A stretch of 64,000 nucleotides of DNA, taken from a virus. Taxonomy: Duplodnaviria > Heunggongvirae > Uroviricota > Caudoviricetes. Below the pieces are notes generated by a model. The model ran no database searches, had not been told where the DNA came from, and saw nothing but the letters and a program-made list of their open reading frames with translations. The stretch spans positions 29,489 through 93,488 of IMG/VR virus record IMGVR_UViG_3300028914_000001. One strand, written 5' to 3'. The stretch's first letter is position 1, and each line of letters starts with the position of its first letter. This document shows positions 17,557 through 27,009 of this stretch, piece after piece. A program made the translations under genes and the position numbers.

Positions 17557-17985
17557 CTACTTACGGTAGCGGATATCTCCAGAGAGTGTGTTCACACTCC
17601 CCTTGACCAACCCATTTACTTCAACATCACCCGACGTGGTGTTTATGCTGCCACCAACATCACCACCGATTTCGATGTTTCCAGATGTGGTTTCAACATC
17701 GCCATTGGTCATTCCCCCTACCTTGACATTCCCAGATACCGAACTGGCTCTCTTGACATCGCCAGTGACGCTTACATTGCCAGCTGCAGTATCGACGCTC
17801 TCAACATTGCCCGTGATTGTAATTTCAATCTTACGGTCGTTGATTTTGATATCCTTGCCGTCGATGATTACGGTGTCGTTGTCCACCTGAATGCTACGGC
17901 CACCGACATAATTGCCGTTTATTGTAATAGTTGAGCCACTAGCGATGTTCTTGATAGTAGCTAGAATAGATTTAAAATGTCCCAT
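17557..17985 (-). CDS. beta-helix repeat protein (bactofilin- or DUF4097-like Gx(V/I) repeats)
   Basis: Periodic G[ND]V.V.G repeats over 100 aa; TAAGGAGAT RBS. Confidence 0.5.
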   Translation of the reverse strand: MGHFKSILATIKNIASGSTITINGNYVGGRSIQVDNDTVIIDGKDIKINDRKIEITITGNVESVDTAAGNVSVTGDVKRASSVSGNVKVGGMTNGDVETTSGNIEIGGDVGGSINTTSGDVEVNGLVKGSVNTLSGDIRYRK

Positions 17986-17995
17986 GATAATCTCC

Positions 17996-18415
17996 TTATA
18001 CGACGAGAGTCTTTACAGAAACATCTCTCTTGATTTCGTCTGCGGACACATTCTCGATTCTCTGCACGAGTACATCGACCGAGAAGTATCCATGATAGAG
18101 TTGCGCCTTCCCGTTCTTCCACGCTTCAACGACATCCTTGCTAGGTGCATGCTCATTGTAGTCCACGAGCACGTCGATGGTCATGAGGAAGCGGCCATCC
18201 TCGATGTTGGAGACCTTCCACTTGTCGATGGGGTAGTAGGTGTCCGTGGGAGATATCGCAGCAAGCAACCCGCTAATGGAATCATACTTGCCCGGATACT
18301 TAATATCGTGGCCACCTCGGCACTGGGCCTTCGGCATCCAGCCTTCCTTCGGGTCGCCAGGATAGGCTTCGAACAGGGTTATCATCGCCGTGCGGACATA
18401 GAACAGTTTCTTCAT
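17996..18415 (-). CDS. hypothetical protein (139 aa)
   Basis: TAAGGAGTCAAC RBS; first gene after the promoter at 18440-18468. Confidence 0.55.
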   Translation of the reverse strand: MKKLFYVRTAMITLFEAYPGDPKEGWMPKAQCRGGHDIKYPGKYDSISGLLAAISPTDTYYPIDKWKVSNIEDGRFLMTIDVLVDYNEHAPSKDVVEAWKNGKAQLYHGYFSVDVLVQRIENVSADEIKRDVSVKTLVV

Positions 18416-18430
18416 GTTGACTCCTTATGT

Positions 18431-18470
18431 TACAAAAACAATATAGCTAATTAAAGCTATATTGTCAAGA
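18431..18470. repeat. 38-bp duplicated promoter element with the palindrome ATATAGCTAATTAAAGCTATAT (copy 2)
   Basis: Near-identical to 12351-12390. Confidence 0.8.
18440..18468 (-). promoter_or_regulatory. sigma70-type promoter with a palindromic spacer
   Basis: TTGACA-N17-TATATT. Confidence 0.6.
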
Positions 18471-18494
18471 GGTGTAACAACAAAAATTTAATAA

Positions 18495-19244
18495 TTAGTC
18501 TTTCCAGAAGCAGTAGAGGCATCCGTGTGGACAACGTCTGGGCTTCACATTCAGTATCTGCTTCTTGGCTAGGCACTTACACTCGGCCCTCTGTTTCTTT
18601 TCTGGCTGTCCATATTCCCGGTCATCCACACCGAGGATATTGAGGTCTTTGTAGCTTGCACAACCACATTCAAGAATGTTGTATGGCAACAGCTTTGGGT
18701 CGGCACAGGCTTCGAACGTGAAGGTATGGTAGTAGGGTGCCAACAGGGCGTCTACACGCCTGAAAACGGCGTCCGGGGCGGTGAAGGTATCGTAGAACAC
18801 ATTGTATCCTGCTGCATCGAGCCTCTGTTTCACATGGGGATAGAGGTCGACGACGGAGACACGGCAACGCATGAACGCCTTCCGTTCCTGCACGACCGTC
18901 GCCCACATGGATAGCACCTTCTGGATGTTAGCCTGAGTTTCAGCCGACCAGAGGATAATCGGGTCGAGACGGAGGACGTAATGACGATAGTCGAATCCAC
19001 GGTCGAGCAGCTTCTTGAACTGTTCAAACTCATGCTCGGGAGTCTGTACGTTCGGTTCGAGTATCGTTCCGCCCTGTCCCGTTACGGTATGGTGGAATAT
19101 AACCCTGTCCTGCACGACGAGGAGCTTTTCAATCATCTCGTCGTTCAGTTCCTTTGATATGACGATGTTGGCTTCGAGCAGTTTCGTTTCCCAGTCAGGT
19201 ACGAAACATGGGTCGAAAGTTTCCGTGATACCTATTTTCTTCAT
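18495..19244 (-). CDS. hypothetical protein with a C-terminal Cys cluster (249 aa)
   Basis: AAAGGAGTAAAAT RBS; CKC...CPHGCLYC at the C-terminus. Confidence 0.6.
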   Translation of the reverse strand: MKKIGITETFDPCFVPDWETKLLEANIVISKELNDEMIEKLLVVQDRVIFHHTVTGQGGTILEPNVQTPEHEFEQFKKLLDRGFDYRHYVLRLDPIILWSAETQANIQKVLSMWATVVQERKAFMRCRVSVVDLYPHVKQRLDAAGYNVFYDTFTAPDAVFRRVDALLAPYYHTFTFEACADPKLLPYNILECGCASYKDLNILGVDDREYGQPEKKQRAECKCLAKKQILNVKPRRCPHGCLYCFWKD

Positions 19245-19250
19245 GGCATT

Positions 19251-20126
19251 TTACTCCTTTGAGGCAGCCTTCTTATTGAGCTTTTGCGTTATTCCTTCCC
19301 AGAGGAATACGTGAATAGGTACTAAGCTGATGTATGTCGAGAGAAAGCCAAGCACAGCGCAATCAAATTTCTTACCAAGATTAAAGAATATGATGAACCA
19401 CATGACCAGGAACACTTCCAACGACAGCTTTCCGACATCTTTCCAAAGTCTACGCCAATTTACTTTAGACTTGTTCTCCGATTCGACAGCCTTGGCATCG
19501 GCTTCGTCAAGAACTTCTTCAAGCGGCTTGCCTACCATGTCTTCCGTGATTTTTACACTCAGGAAGCGGTTAGTCTTCGGGTGGGTGTAGTTGTAAGTGC
19601 GGCCTACATAGTCCTCGGTAATTATCTGGCGGTCCCTAGCTTCGGTATCTGTCGCTTCCGACTCGATTGCGGAGATAGTTTTCATATAGACTACTTCGTC
19701 ATTCGTTGAGCCGCATTCTTCAAACCCTCGCTTTTCAAAGAACAGTTGAGTTAATTTGTTCTGGTTCGACTTATGCAAGGTAAAGTAGACATACGGGAGA
19801 TGTTCAGCCGTTGCCACCTCGATTGCCTTATTCAGCAGCACAGAGCCAAGCCCTTCCCCTTCCTTGATTGAACGGAGCGAGCATATCTTCAAATGATTCT
19901 CTCTTGGAATAATTGGACATATCTCGCTGTTCACATCATACCAGGATTCCCGTTTGAGAATCATCAATGCGACGATGGTTTCCCCATCCTTGACGACATA
20001 AGCATCCCGATGGGAGACTTGTAACAACCACTGGTCGAACTTCGGATAGAGTTTACGGAAGTGGTCGAATATGCCATCTCTTGCATCAAGGTCTCCGACA
20101 CGGGTTTTATCAAGTAAATAAACCAT
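19251..20126 (-). CDS. GNAT-family acetyltransferase with C-terminal transmembrane helices
   Basis: KEGEGLGSVLLNKAIEVA and FFEKRGFEE GNAT motifs; GAGGT RBS before the ATG at 20126. Confidence 0.5.
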   Translation of the reverse strand: MVYLLDKTRVGDLDARDGIFDHFRKLYPKFDQWLLQVSHRDAYVVKDGETIVALMILKRESWYDVNSEICPIIPRENHLKICSLRSIKEGEGLGSVLLNKAIEVATAEHLPYVYFTLHKSNQNKLTQLFFEKRGFEECGSTNDEVVYMKTISAIESEATDTEARDRQIITEDYVGRTYNYTHPKTNRFLSVKITEDMVGKPLEEVLDEADAKAVESENKSKVNWRRLWKDVGKLSLEVFLVMWFIIFFNLGKKFDCAVLGFLSTYISLVPIHVFLWEGITQKLNKKAASKE

Positions 20127-20134
20127 GTTTAACC

Positions 20135-20770
20135 TCACTGTTTGTCTTTAGGAAGTTCGATATTTGCAAAGTCATCGATTGACGCTTTCATGTTATCGTA
20201 GCGTTCGACCCATGCCGTCTTGTTGTTCTCCACGGCATCAGTTATGTCGGACAGCTCGCATTCCTCGAACTGTGCCATCACCTGTTCGAATTCATGCTGA
20301 TGATTCCATCTGGATACTTGTTTAAGAGGTAAGATATTAAATTCGCTATCCCTATTGTCGAACCTAGTAATGTCCTTAGCCTCGTGTTCTTCGATAATTG
20401 TTGGGCCCTCTATATGCAGAGTATCATCTAATTTTACACTGAGTATACGAATGTAGTAATGGTGTCTGCGGTTGTATAGGTACTTCCCACGGAGCCACTT
20501 GGAAAATTCGTGACGGAATTTCTCGATAAGTACAGGTTCTTTCTTTTCCAGGGCCTCCCGCATGGCTTCGGCAGTTACATTCGCCACCGTCAATTTGTCA
20601 ATAAGGTTGGTTTCCTCCTCGGTAGGGTTCATCATCCTTTTCAGATTCTGGAGAATACTGTCCCTACGCTCGGAGTCTGCCGATGAATACTTACTGCATT
20701 CATCCCAGTTATCGAAAATTGCGTTAAAGGTGTCTATTACGGAGCGTGGTATTTCGAGTTTCTTTTTCAT
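20135..20770 (-). CDS. hypothetical protein (211 aa)
   Basis: AGAAAGGTG RBS. Confidence 0.55.
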   Translation of the reverse strand: MKKKLEIPRSVIDTFNAIFDNWDECSKYSSADSERRDSILQNLKRMMNPTEEETNLIDKLTVANVTAEAMREALEKKEPVLIEKFRHEFSKWLRGKYLYNRRHHYYIRILSVKLDDTLHIEGPTIIEEHEAKDITRFDNRDSEFNILPLKQVSRWNHQHEFEQVMAQFEECELSDITDAVENNKTAWVERYDNMKASIDDFANIELPKDKQ

Positions 20771-20781
20771 GGGGCACCTTT

Positions 20782-21879
20782 CTAATTCAATCCAATTAAA
20801 TCAGGATGAACAAACTTGCCGTCTTCCTGGATGAGCTGGTCGTCGAACCATACCTTACCGCCACCGTATTCCTTGGTCATGATGAGGACCAAATCCCAGT
20901 GGATAGCAGACTGGTTACCATTGAACGCATCCTGATATGCGTTGCCCGGTGTAAAGTGGATTGAGCCAGCAATCTTCTCGTCGAAGAGGATGTCGCACAT
21001 CGGACGGTTAACCATCTTGTTGAGACCCATGGCGAACTCGCCTACGAAACGGGCTCCCTCATCCGTGTTGAAGATTGCGTCGAGAGCTGCCTGGTCGCCA
21101 GAACCGCACTTGGCTTCGACAATCTTGCCATCTTTAAAGACAAGGCTGATGTTGCTGAACGGCTTCCCGAGATACACGGTAGGCGTGTTGTAGGTGATTG
21201 TTCCGTTTACGCTGTTCTTGACCGGGGCCGTATATACTTCGCCGTCAGGGATGTTCTTTTCGCCACAGCAAGGAATAGCGGGCAACCCCTCAATGCTGAA
21301 ACGCAGGTCGGTTCCCGGTGCGACGATACGGACATTACGGGTCTTGGTCATGAGGTCAGCAAGAGGCTTGGCTGATTTTGCCATCTGAGTGTAATCCACG
21401 AGACAGGCATCGAAGTAGAAGTCCTCGAACGCATCGGTGGACATCTTTGCTTCCTGTGCCATGGCAGCGTTCGGCCAACGGGTGATGCACCACTTGGTAT
21501 GGTCAACTCGATAGCGGAGAACGGGCTTCATAATCTGCTTGTACTCCGTGAGGATTTCACTAGGCACATCCGCCATTTCGAACGCATTTTCTGCGCCACG
21601 GACTGCGATGTACGCCTGCATTTCCTTCATGAGTGAAAGTTCGAAATTAGCACGGAATTGCTTGGCTTCCTTTGATGCGTACGTCACGAACTCCCTTTCC
21701 ACACTGCTGTCATGGGTACGAACAATGGGTTTAGCACCAAGACCCGTAGCGAGGAAAGTCAACGCCTTCGAAATGCTCGACGGAGTATCGGTACATTCAA
21801 TAAGAATGTGGTCCCCTTTTTTCAAATTAACTGATTCAATGAGACGGTCGGCAAGGTTGAGAACTCTCGTATCAAACAT
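20782..21879 (-). CDS. aminopeptidase, peptidase M29 (AmpS/aminopeptidase T) family
   Basis: TDEGAR, FDEKIAGSIHF and AIHWDLV blocks match M29 signatures; AAGGAGT RBS. Confidence 0.8.
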   Translation of the reverse strand: MFDTRVLNLADRLIESVNLKKGDHILIECTDTPSSISKALTFLATGLGAKPIVRTHDSSVEREFVTYASKEAKQFRANFELSLMKEMQAYIAVRGAENAFEMADVPSEILTEYKQIMKPVLRYRVDHTKWCITRWPNAAMAQEAKMSTDAFEDFYFDACLVDYTQMAKSAKPLADLMTKTRNVRIVAPGTDLRFSIEGLPAIPCCGEKNIPDGEVYTAPVKNSVNGTITYNTPTVYLGKPFSNISLVFKDGKIVEAKCGSGDQAALDAIFNTDEGARFVGEFAMGLNKMVNRPMCDILFDEKIAGSIHFTPGNAYQDAFNGNQSAIHWDLVLIMTKEYGGGKVWFDDQLIQEDGKFVHPDLIGLN

Positions 21880-21893
21880 AAATTACTCCTTGA

Positions 21894-22061
21894 TTATTTT
21901 CGTTTATTCTTGGGTTTCCACGACTTGACCATCGAGTTCCATTCGAAATTGTCGCAACAGTCGCTGATGCACGAGTTCTTCTTTTCCTCGCCGCACCACT
22001 TCACACGGTCCTTTTTGTGGAAATGCTTGCACCAATAACATGATTTTTCAAACTCTGACAT
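21894..22061 (-). CDS. small Cys-rich protein (about 55 aa), not in the ORF track
   Basis: AAGGT RBS; CYWCKH...CISDCC. Confidence 0.4.
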   Translation of the reverse strand: MSEFEKSCYWCKHFHKKDRVKWCGEEKKNSCISDCCDNFEWNSMVKSWKPKNKRK

Positions 22062-22070
22062 GACAATACC

Positions 22071-22280
22071 TTACATGAAGATGAGGATGCCGCCAGCAAT
22101 GGCAGCGATTGGATATAGGATGGAAATGCAGATACATCCGATATTGGACCAGTGATACCACTTTGCGTAGGGATAGCCCATTCCGATGCCTAACGCCCAT
22201 GCGAACAGGGCGACGACATAGATGATGAGTGCGACTATGGTATAAATTCCGATATACAGTGCTGTCATTTCAATACCCAT
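22071..22280 (-). CDS. small membrane protein (69 aa, 2 TM)
   Basis: First gene after the promoter at 22306-22334; hydrophobic helices. Confidence 0.5.
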   Translation of the reverse strand: MGIEMTALYIGIYTIVALIIYVVALFAWALGIGMGYPYAKWYHWSNIGCICISILYPIAAIAGGILIFM

Positions 22281-22305
22281 TGGTTATGTATTGTCTACAT
22301 GCAAT

Positions 22306-22334
22306 AATGTAGGCAATTAAATCGAAATTGTCAA
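22306..22334 (-). promoter_or_regulatory. sigma70-type promoter
   Basis: TTGACA-N17-TACATT with TTAATTG in the spacer. Confidence 0.5.
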
Positions 22335-22349
22335 GAGGTTTATGAAGTT

Positions 22350-22547
22350 TTATTCCATACATTTCAGGTACAGCTTGTATGAGCCATTCACGAAAGCTTT
22401 CAATTTCATCTGGATGAAATGGTAGATACGCTGCATGATTTTATGGTCGAAGATACGGGCCTCGTATTCACGACGCTTGAATGTGTAACGGAGGTCTGCG
22501 GCCTTATGGTTAAGCCACGAAAGGACGGATGCACTAAACTTCTTCAT
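22350..22547 (-). CDS. small hypothetical protein (65 aa)
   Basis: GGGGGATAACG RBS followed by ATG inside the track ORF. Confidence 0.4.
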   Translation of the reverse strand: MKKFSASVLSWLNHKAADLRYTFKRREYEARIFDHKIMQRIYHFIQMKLKAFVNGSYKLYLKCME

Positions 22548-22701
22548 CGTTATCCCCCTTGATTGCTTCGTCATAGATGTCCGAACAGATGTCTGCCAGG
22601 TCGTTAGAGAGTTCGTTGTATGTATCCCGTCCGACGGCATCAACAAGGAGTTCCTTCATACGCTGTGCGGCGCATGTCATTACAGAAATCTTGCTGGCCA
22701 T
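22534..22701 (-). CDS. small hypothetical acidic protein (55 aa)
   Basis: GGAGGTTCT RBS followed by ATG inside the track ORF. Confidence 0.4.
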   Translation of the reverse strand: MASKISVMTCAAQRMKELLVDAVGRDTYNELSNDLADICSDIYDEAIKGDNDEEV

Positions 22702-22711
22702 AGAACCTCCG

Positions 22712-23137
22712 TTATGCCTTTGCCTTCTTGCGTTCTTCAATCTGTCGGTTAAGGGCCTCGCCAGCCTTGATGAGAACATCGGCCAAGCACTCAATTTCTG
22801 CATCGCCCTCGACAACGATTGATACTGCGTTGTCGGTATCAATTTCTTCAACATTTTCTGCATCACGAAGCATTGACTCATACGACCTAATCCCAGCTAC
22901 GCTATCGAGCTTGCTAGTCCTTGTACCCATGCAGAACCCTTCATGTCCAAACAAAGTAAGGACTGCCCTTGCACCATGGCCTGCATCACCACCATGCAAG
23001 CCGTTGGTTCCAGCAACATAGGTAAGGTAAGCGACATCTATTGCGGTATCAGTCTCGCACGGGACGGCTTCCCCATCGACCATGAGATTCATCTGGCGTT
23101 TGCCTTCAAACTCTGTATTGAATTTATGCTTTGACAT
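22712..23137 (-). CDS. hypothetical protein (141 aa)
   Basis: AAAAGGATTTAATT RBS. Confidence 0.55.
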   Translation of the reverse strand: MSKHKFNTEFEGKRQMNLMVDGEAVPCETDTAIDVAYLTYVAGTNGLHGGDAGHGARAVLTLFGHEGFCMGTRTSKLDSVAGIRSYESMLRDAENVEEIDTDNAVSIVVEGDAEIECLADVLIKAGEALNRQIEERKKAKA

Positions 23138-23149
23138 AATTAAATCCTT

Positions 23150-23533
23150 TTAGAAATGTTCGTTGTTAATGACCTTGCTGAGTGCGCTCATGTTTTCAAT
23201 GGCAGCATCTATAAGGGATTTCTGTGCGGCAGTAATTCCTTCCATCTTCCGTGCGGCATAGAGCTTATTCTTAAATTCACTGGCAGCCCTACCGAAGGCG
23301 TGGCCGACATCAGTATCCTTGGCATTAAGCCTGTCTGCTGCCTGTTGAGCAAGCAGGTAGGTGGAATAATACTTCTCGTTGCGATACCGTTCGCTTTTGA
23401 GGTCGGATTTCTTCTTGAATTGAATTGCATCGACTTTATAGCAATATGTTGCCGAACTGAAATACACATAATAGTGCATATCAGAGCGTTCGTCATATTC
23501 CTTTACCTGTTCTTCAAATGTTTTTTCGGCCAT
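23150..23533 (-). CDS. hypothetical protein (127 aa)
   Basis: AAAGGAATACAACA RBS; an upstream in-frame ATG would lie before the promoter's transcription start. Confidence 0.5.
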   Translation of the reverse strand: MAEKTFEEQVKEYDERSDMHYYVYFSSATYCYKVDAIQFKKKSDLKSERYRNEKYYSTYLLAQQAADRLNAKDTDVGHAFGRAASEFKNKLYAARKMEGITAAQKSLIDAAIENMSALSKVINNEHF

Positions 23534-23571
23534 TGTTGTATTCCTTTGCCAATAATTGGTTGGCATTATGA

Positions 23572-23600
23572 AATATAACTAATTAAACCCACTCTGTCAA
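23572..23600 (-). promoter_or_regulatory. sigma70-type promoter embedded in a short hairpin
   Basis: TTGACA-N17-TATATT; CCACT/AGTGG stem around the -35. Confidence 0.55.
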
Positions 23601-23641
23601 GTGGTTTTTTTTTATTTTTTATTCGCCTTTCATTCAGGTCC

Positions 23642-23989
23642 TTAATCGTCCATGCCGAACACAGGCCCGTAAGCCCAAGGCAGCAAGTCATTATCATCCT
23701 CTGGGCTCATGTCTTCAACCATTTCCTTCCGTTCGGTCTTGTTCAAGATGCGTTCCTTTGTAATCTTGACATCGTGACGGTATGCCGACCTGCTGTTGTC
23801 GGACGGACCTGGCTTGGAACAAGTCATGCGGATTGCCGAATGCAAGTCCTCGATTGTCATGTTATACGACCTATCCAGGTCAGCCTGTGCCGCTTTTTCC
23901 TCTGGGGTCGGCAATTTATATGTTTCGTCGTGAGCTTTCAGATAGCGTCGGCGCTTCTTGTCTCGACGGTCCTTAACTGTATTGAACAT
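23642..23989 (-). CDS. hypothetical basic protein (115 aa)
   Basis: AAGGGAATTACCG RBS. Confidence 0.55.
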   Translation of the reverse strand: MFNTVKDRRDKKRRRYLKAHDETYKLPTPEEKAAQADLDRSYNMTIEDLHSAIRMTCSKPGPSDNSRSAYRHDVKITKERILNKTERKEMVEDMSPEDDNDLLPWAYGPVFGMDD

Positions 23990-24008
23990 CGGTAATTCCC
24001 TTGATTAA

Positions 24009-24320
24009 CTACACCTGATATCCGTGGAATTTTAGAATCTTTTCGAATGCCTCTTTCAGGTCGTTGACTGTGCCCATATCAATGTTCCTGTAGTTGTCCC
24101 ACAGGCCGCTTAGACCAACTTCTTCAACCATGTCGAACACAGGGTTGTCACATTCGATGTCGCCTTCTTCGAGGTTAGCAAGTTCGTTGCATGACTCATC
24201 AATTTCATCAAGCATATTGGCAATCGTAGGAAGCTCATATTCCGGCAATGCCTTTCGGATTTTTTTGACGGTTTCCCTGATATTGTCTACTGGCGGGTCA
24301 ATCTCATCTGTATGAATCAT
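24009..24320 (-). CDS. hypothetical acidic protein (103 aa)
   Basis: TAAGGAGAATCAA RBS. Confidence 0.55.
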   Translation of the reverse strand: MIHTDEIDPPVDNIRETVKKIRKALPEYELPTIANMLDEIDESCNELANLEEGDIECDNPVFDMVEEVGLSGLWDNYRNIDMGTVNDLKEAFEKILKFHGYQV

Positions 24321-24417
24321 TTGATTCTCCTTAATTAAACTTAATCTAGTTAGGTGTGATTTCGAACGTGGCCTTGGCTGAAAGAAATTCTTCGATGTAA
24401 TCCATATTCATATAAAT

Positions 24418-24816
24418 TTATTCCTTTACTTTTACGGTCGCTTTCTTTTTCAGGAAGTTAAGCATATATTCCTTGTCTTTGGTAATGGTGCAGTCACGCC
24501 ACTGGTCATATACTGCATATTCCCCACGAGGAAGCAAGGCGACGATTGCATTGTACGGTTCAGTACCTCCACGGAAGCATATCCAGCCACAGGTACCCTC
24601 GTCCTTCATGATACATTCAGGAATGTACTTTTTGCACAGTTCGATAAACGCTTGAACTTCCATAGGAGGTTCATATTCAGCCTTCTTGTCTTTCTTGCTG
24701 CCAATGGGTTTCGGACGGAGATATGCCTGAGCCCTCTCAATCACGACATCGATTTCTTTTCGCAGTTTGATTAGACGGTCAACCTCTTCCTGAGTAAATT
24801 CTTTCTGAGGTTCCAT
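24418..24816 (-). CDS. hypothetical protein (132 aa)
   Basis: AAGGAGATAGTT RBS. Confidence 0.55.
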   Translation of the reverse strand: MEPQKEFTQEEVDRLIKLRKEIDVVIERAQAYLRPKPIGSKKDKKAEYEPPMEVQAFIELCKKYIPECIMKDEGTCGWICFRGGTEPYNAIVALLPRGEYAVYDQWRDCTITKDKEYMLNFLKKKATVKVKE

Positions 24817-24818
24817 AA

Positions 24819-24962
24819 CTATCTCCTTACGTCGATGGTAACGTCGATATGGTCAACGGTCTTCGTTCCTGTGCAATAGGCATCTATAACGAGGGTTCCG
24901 TCTGGGGTCATTCCCCTCACTTCGCTCTTTACGAGTTTCAATTCATCAGGCCATTCAGACAT
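24819..24962 (-). CDS. small hypothetical protein (about 47 aa), not in the ORF track
   Basis: GGAGGATTGAT RBS; tight packing with neighbours. Confidence 0.4.
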   Translation of the reverse strand: MSEWPDELKLVKSEVRGMTPDGTLVIDAYCTGTKTVDHIDVTIDVRR

Positions 24963-24963
24963 A

Positions 24964-25131
24964 TCAATCCTCCGCACCTTCGTGCATTTCTTTCATTTCG
25001 TATTTGAGCTTCTGCTTTTGTTTATACTGGTCCAGAGCATGATGGTAGTCACGCTTGCTGAATAGGTAGCCGTAGCTACGCTTTCCAGTCTTGGCCCAGT
25101 ACAAAAATCCCCAGAAAAAATGTTGCGCCAT
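24964..25131 (-). CDS. small hypothetical protein (about 55 aa), not in the ORF track
   Basis: GGGGGCATT RBS; stop 1 nt before the next start. Confidence 0.4.
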   Translation of the reverse strand: MAQHFFWGFLYWAKTGKRSYGYLFSKRDYHHALDQYKQKQKLKYEMKEMHEGAED

Positions 25132-25145
25132 AATGCCCCCATTTA

Positions 25146-25619
25146 TTATTTCACTTTAAATTTCTTTATCTCGGCATCAATATCGTCCAGCTTACTGTCA
25201 TATTTGGCAAGGGCGGCGTTTTTCTGTGCAAGAATCCTTTTACGCTCGTCTTTCAGAGCATTGACCTTTTCTTCAGACAGTTCTGCCAATATATCCTCTT
25301 CACTCATGGACAGGTAACGAACAGGGACTTTCACCATGGTGAACCTACACCCTTGACACATTGCAGCACAGTAGCTCGGGCGGCAGTATATCGTCTCATG
25401 CCCTTCGTTGTACTGCCACTGATAGCTCGACACCCAGCTCATCTTCTTTGCTAAGTACGGCAAAGCACCCGGCTCAGACACATTTAAACTCTGAGTATTC
25501 ACAAGAACAGTGACAATGCTTTTCAGTTTTTCGACGAGTCTTTTCTTCGCATCAAGATACTCGTCGAACACATTCTTGTCAGTGCAAGTTATGCCGTTAT
25601 CTTCTTTTGTAGTTGTCAT
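25146..25619 (-). CDS. hypothetical protein with a C-terminal coiled coil (157 aa)
   Basis: AAAGGAATTAGGTT RBS. Confidence 0.55.
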   Translation of the reverse strand: MTTTKEDNGITCTDKNVFDEYLDAKKRLVEKLKSIVTVLVNTQSLNVSEPGALPYLAKKMSWVSSYQWQYNEGHETIYCRPSYCAAMCQGCRFTMVKVPVRYLSMSEEDILAELSEEKVNALKDERKRILAQKNAALAKYDSKLDDIDAEIKKFKVK

Positions 25620-26007
25620 AACCTAATTCCTTTGCATGATTATTCAACCAAATGCTGTCAGCGACATACTGATTGCGGAGGACCGAACACCCGATATCCC
25701 CAGTCTCGCATACCGATGCAATTCTTACACCTCGATGATACAATTCAGCCGCATCGTTAACGAACTGTCGTTCACCGTACGCACGGGAATTGAACCCCCA
25801 TGCGCATATCCCTAGTAGCAGAGCCAGGGAAGCACACACCGACCACCAAGGGCAAAATCCGTATGGGTCACTGTCGTCCTTGATATCGTATTCTCGATGC
25901 TTCGCAAAAAATACTGCCAAGCAAACAAATACGATAAAGCCAACAATGCATATACACATCAGCCATGTCTGGATGGTAAACCAAGTTTCTAAACAGAGTA
26001 CGTTCAT
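25597..26007 (-). CDS. membrane protein (136 aa)
   Basis: AGGAGGAAA RBS; N-terminal TM helices. Confidence 0.55.
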   Translation of the reverse strand: MNVLCLETWFTIQTWLMCICIVGFIVFVCLAVFFAKHREYDIKDDSDPYGFCPWWSVCASLALLLGICAWGFNSRAYGERQFVNDAAELYHRGVRIASVCETGDIGCSVLRNQYVADSIWLNNHAKELGYDNYKRR

Positions 26008-26016
26008 TTTTCCTCC

Positions 26017-26195
26017 TATTTACTGTGCAACGTGATATACAGATTGGCAAACTCAACGCCCGCTTCGAATCCTTGACGGAACCCCGCCTTAAACTCGAAT
26101 TCGTCGCATTCATCGTCAAACCTACAGGATTCCAGCGCACGGTCGAGAGCACTTTTGTAGCCCTTTTCTTGTTCTTTCTCAGGTATAAAATACAT
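26017..26195 (-). CDS. small hypothetical protein (59 aa), not in the ORF track
   Basis: GGGATAAAT RBS; the start abuts the upstream stop (TAAATATG). Confidence 0.4.
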
Positions 26196-26197
26196 AT

Positions 26198-26419
26198 TTA
26201 TCCCAACAAGGCAGAAGCTTTTACTTCAACGGAGAATTTGTTTTTGCAGTCCTCTTCCGGGCACTGAACTTCAATCCAGCGTTTGCCGTTAGGACAGCGT
26301 TCGGCACAGGTTGAATACTCGTCCGTATCGAACTCGCAGCCACATTTCGGGCAAGTAAATGTTTTGACAGCCTTAGCCTTCGGTTCCGGCTTGGTTCCAT
26401 GCTTCTTGATTTCGACCAT
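26198..26419 (-). CDS. zinc-ribbon protein (73 aa)
   Basis: CPKCGC...CAERC...C; AAAGAGGTATCAT RBS. Confidence 0.5.
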   Translation of the reverse strand: MVEIKKHGTKPEPKAKAVKTFTCPKCGCEFDTDEYSTCAERCPNGKRWIEVQCPEEDCKNKFSVEVKASALLG

Positions 26420-26448
26420 ATGATACCTCTTTTAAGAATACTTAATTA

Positions 26449-26476
26449 AATATAGCATATTGCCGTAACTTGTCAA
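26449..26476 (-). promoter_or_regulatory. sigma70-type promoter heading the long minus-strand block
   Basis: TTGACA-N16-TATATT followed by TAATTAAG. Confidence 0.55.
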
Positions 26477-26536
26477 GTCATTTTCCCGGAAAAGATGAAA
26501 AATATAGTTTAATTGCAAAACATCACAGGAAACCAA

Positions 26537-26680
26537 ATGGCAGCAAGAATCGTTGATACCGTATGTGCCACGCTCGTAATGCTGGCGGTCGCACTCGTCT
26601 CCCCACTCCTCATCGCAGCATACACGGAAGCAAAGAAGGCGGAACCCTGGCTAGACAAGAATCTTGACACGCAGAAGTAA
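26537..26680 (+). CDS. small membrane protein (47 aa)
   Basis: AGGAAACC RBS; single TM helix. Confidence 0.35.
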   Translation: MAARIVDTVCATLVMLAVALVSPLLIAAYTEAKKAEPWLDKNLDTQK

Positions 26681-26717
26681 ATTGTATATCTTTTACATCA
26701 AGCTAAAAGGAAATAAT

Positions 26718-27002
26718 ATGAAAACTTATTGCGACAAAAAGCATCGAATCAAGCACAGGAAGGACGGAACATTCGCCACTCCTCAATGGAAGGGGCTTTT
26801 CTTCTGGCACAGCTACACTTACTATCCGCTAGACATGGTGATGGGCAATTTGGTCCTGTACTGCGAACCTCGCCATCCAGAGTTCGACACATTTGACCGT
26901 GCCCTCAAATTCATCCACGCTGCGATGGAAAACGAAAAGAACGGGGGCGCCAAAATCGGCGTCGTGCTAGGCCGAGAAGACGGGACAGAAGACTGGAGGT
27001 AA
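26718..27002 (+). CDS. hypothetical protein (94 aa)
   Basis: AAAGGAAATAAT RBS followed by ATG inside the track ORF. Confidence 0.5.
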   Translation: MKTYCDKKHRIKHRKDGTFATPQWKGLFFWHSYTYYPLDMVMGNLVLYCEPRHPEFDTFDRALKFIHAAMENEKNGGAKIGVVLGREDGTEDWR

Positions 27003-27009
27003 CGGCAAT

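Noticed and set aside
26664-26690. TTGACA at 26664 followed by TATATC as a plus-strand promoter
   Set aside because: The spacer is only 14-15 nt, so it is not listed as a feature, although weak activity is possible.
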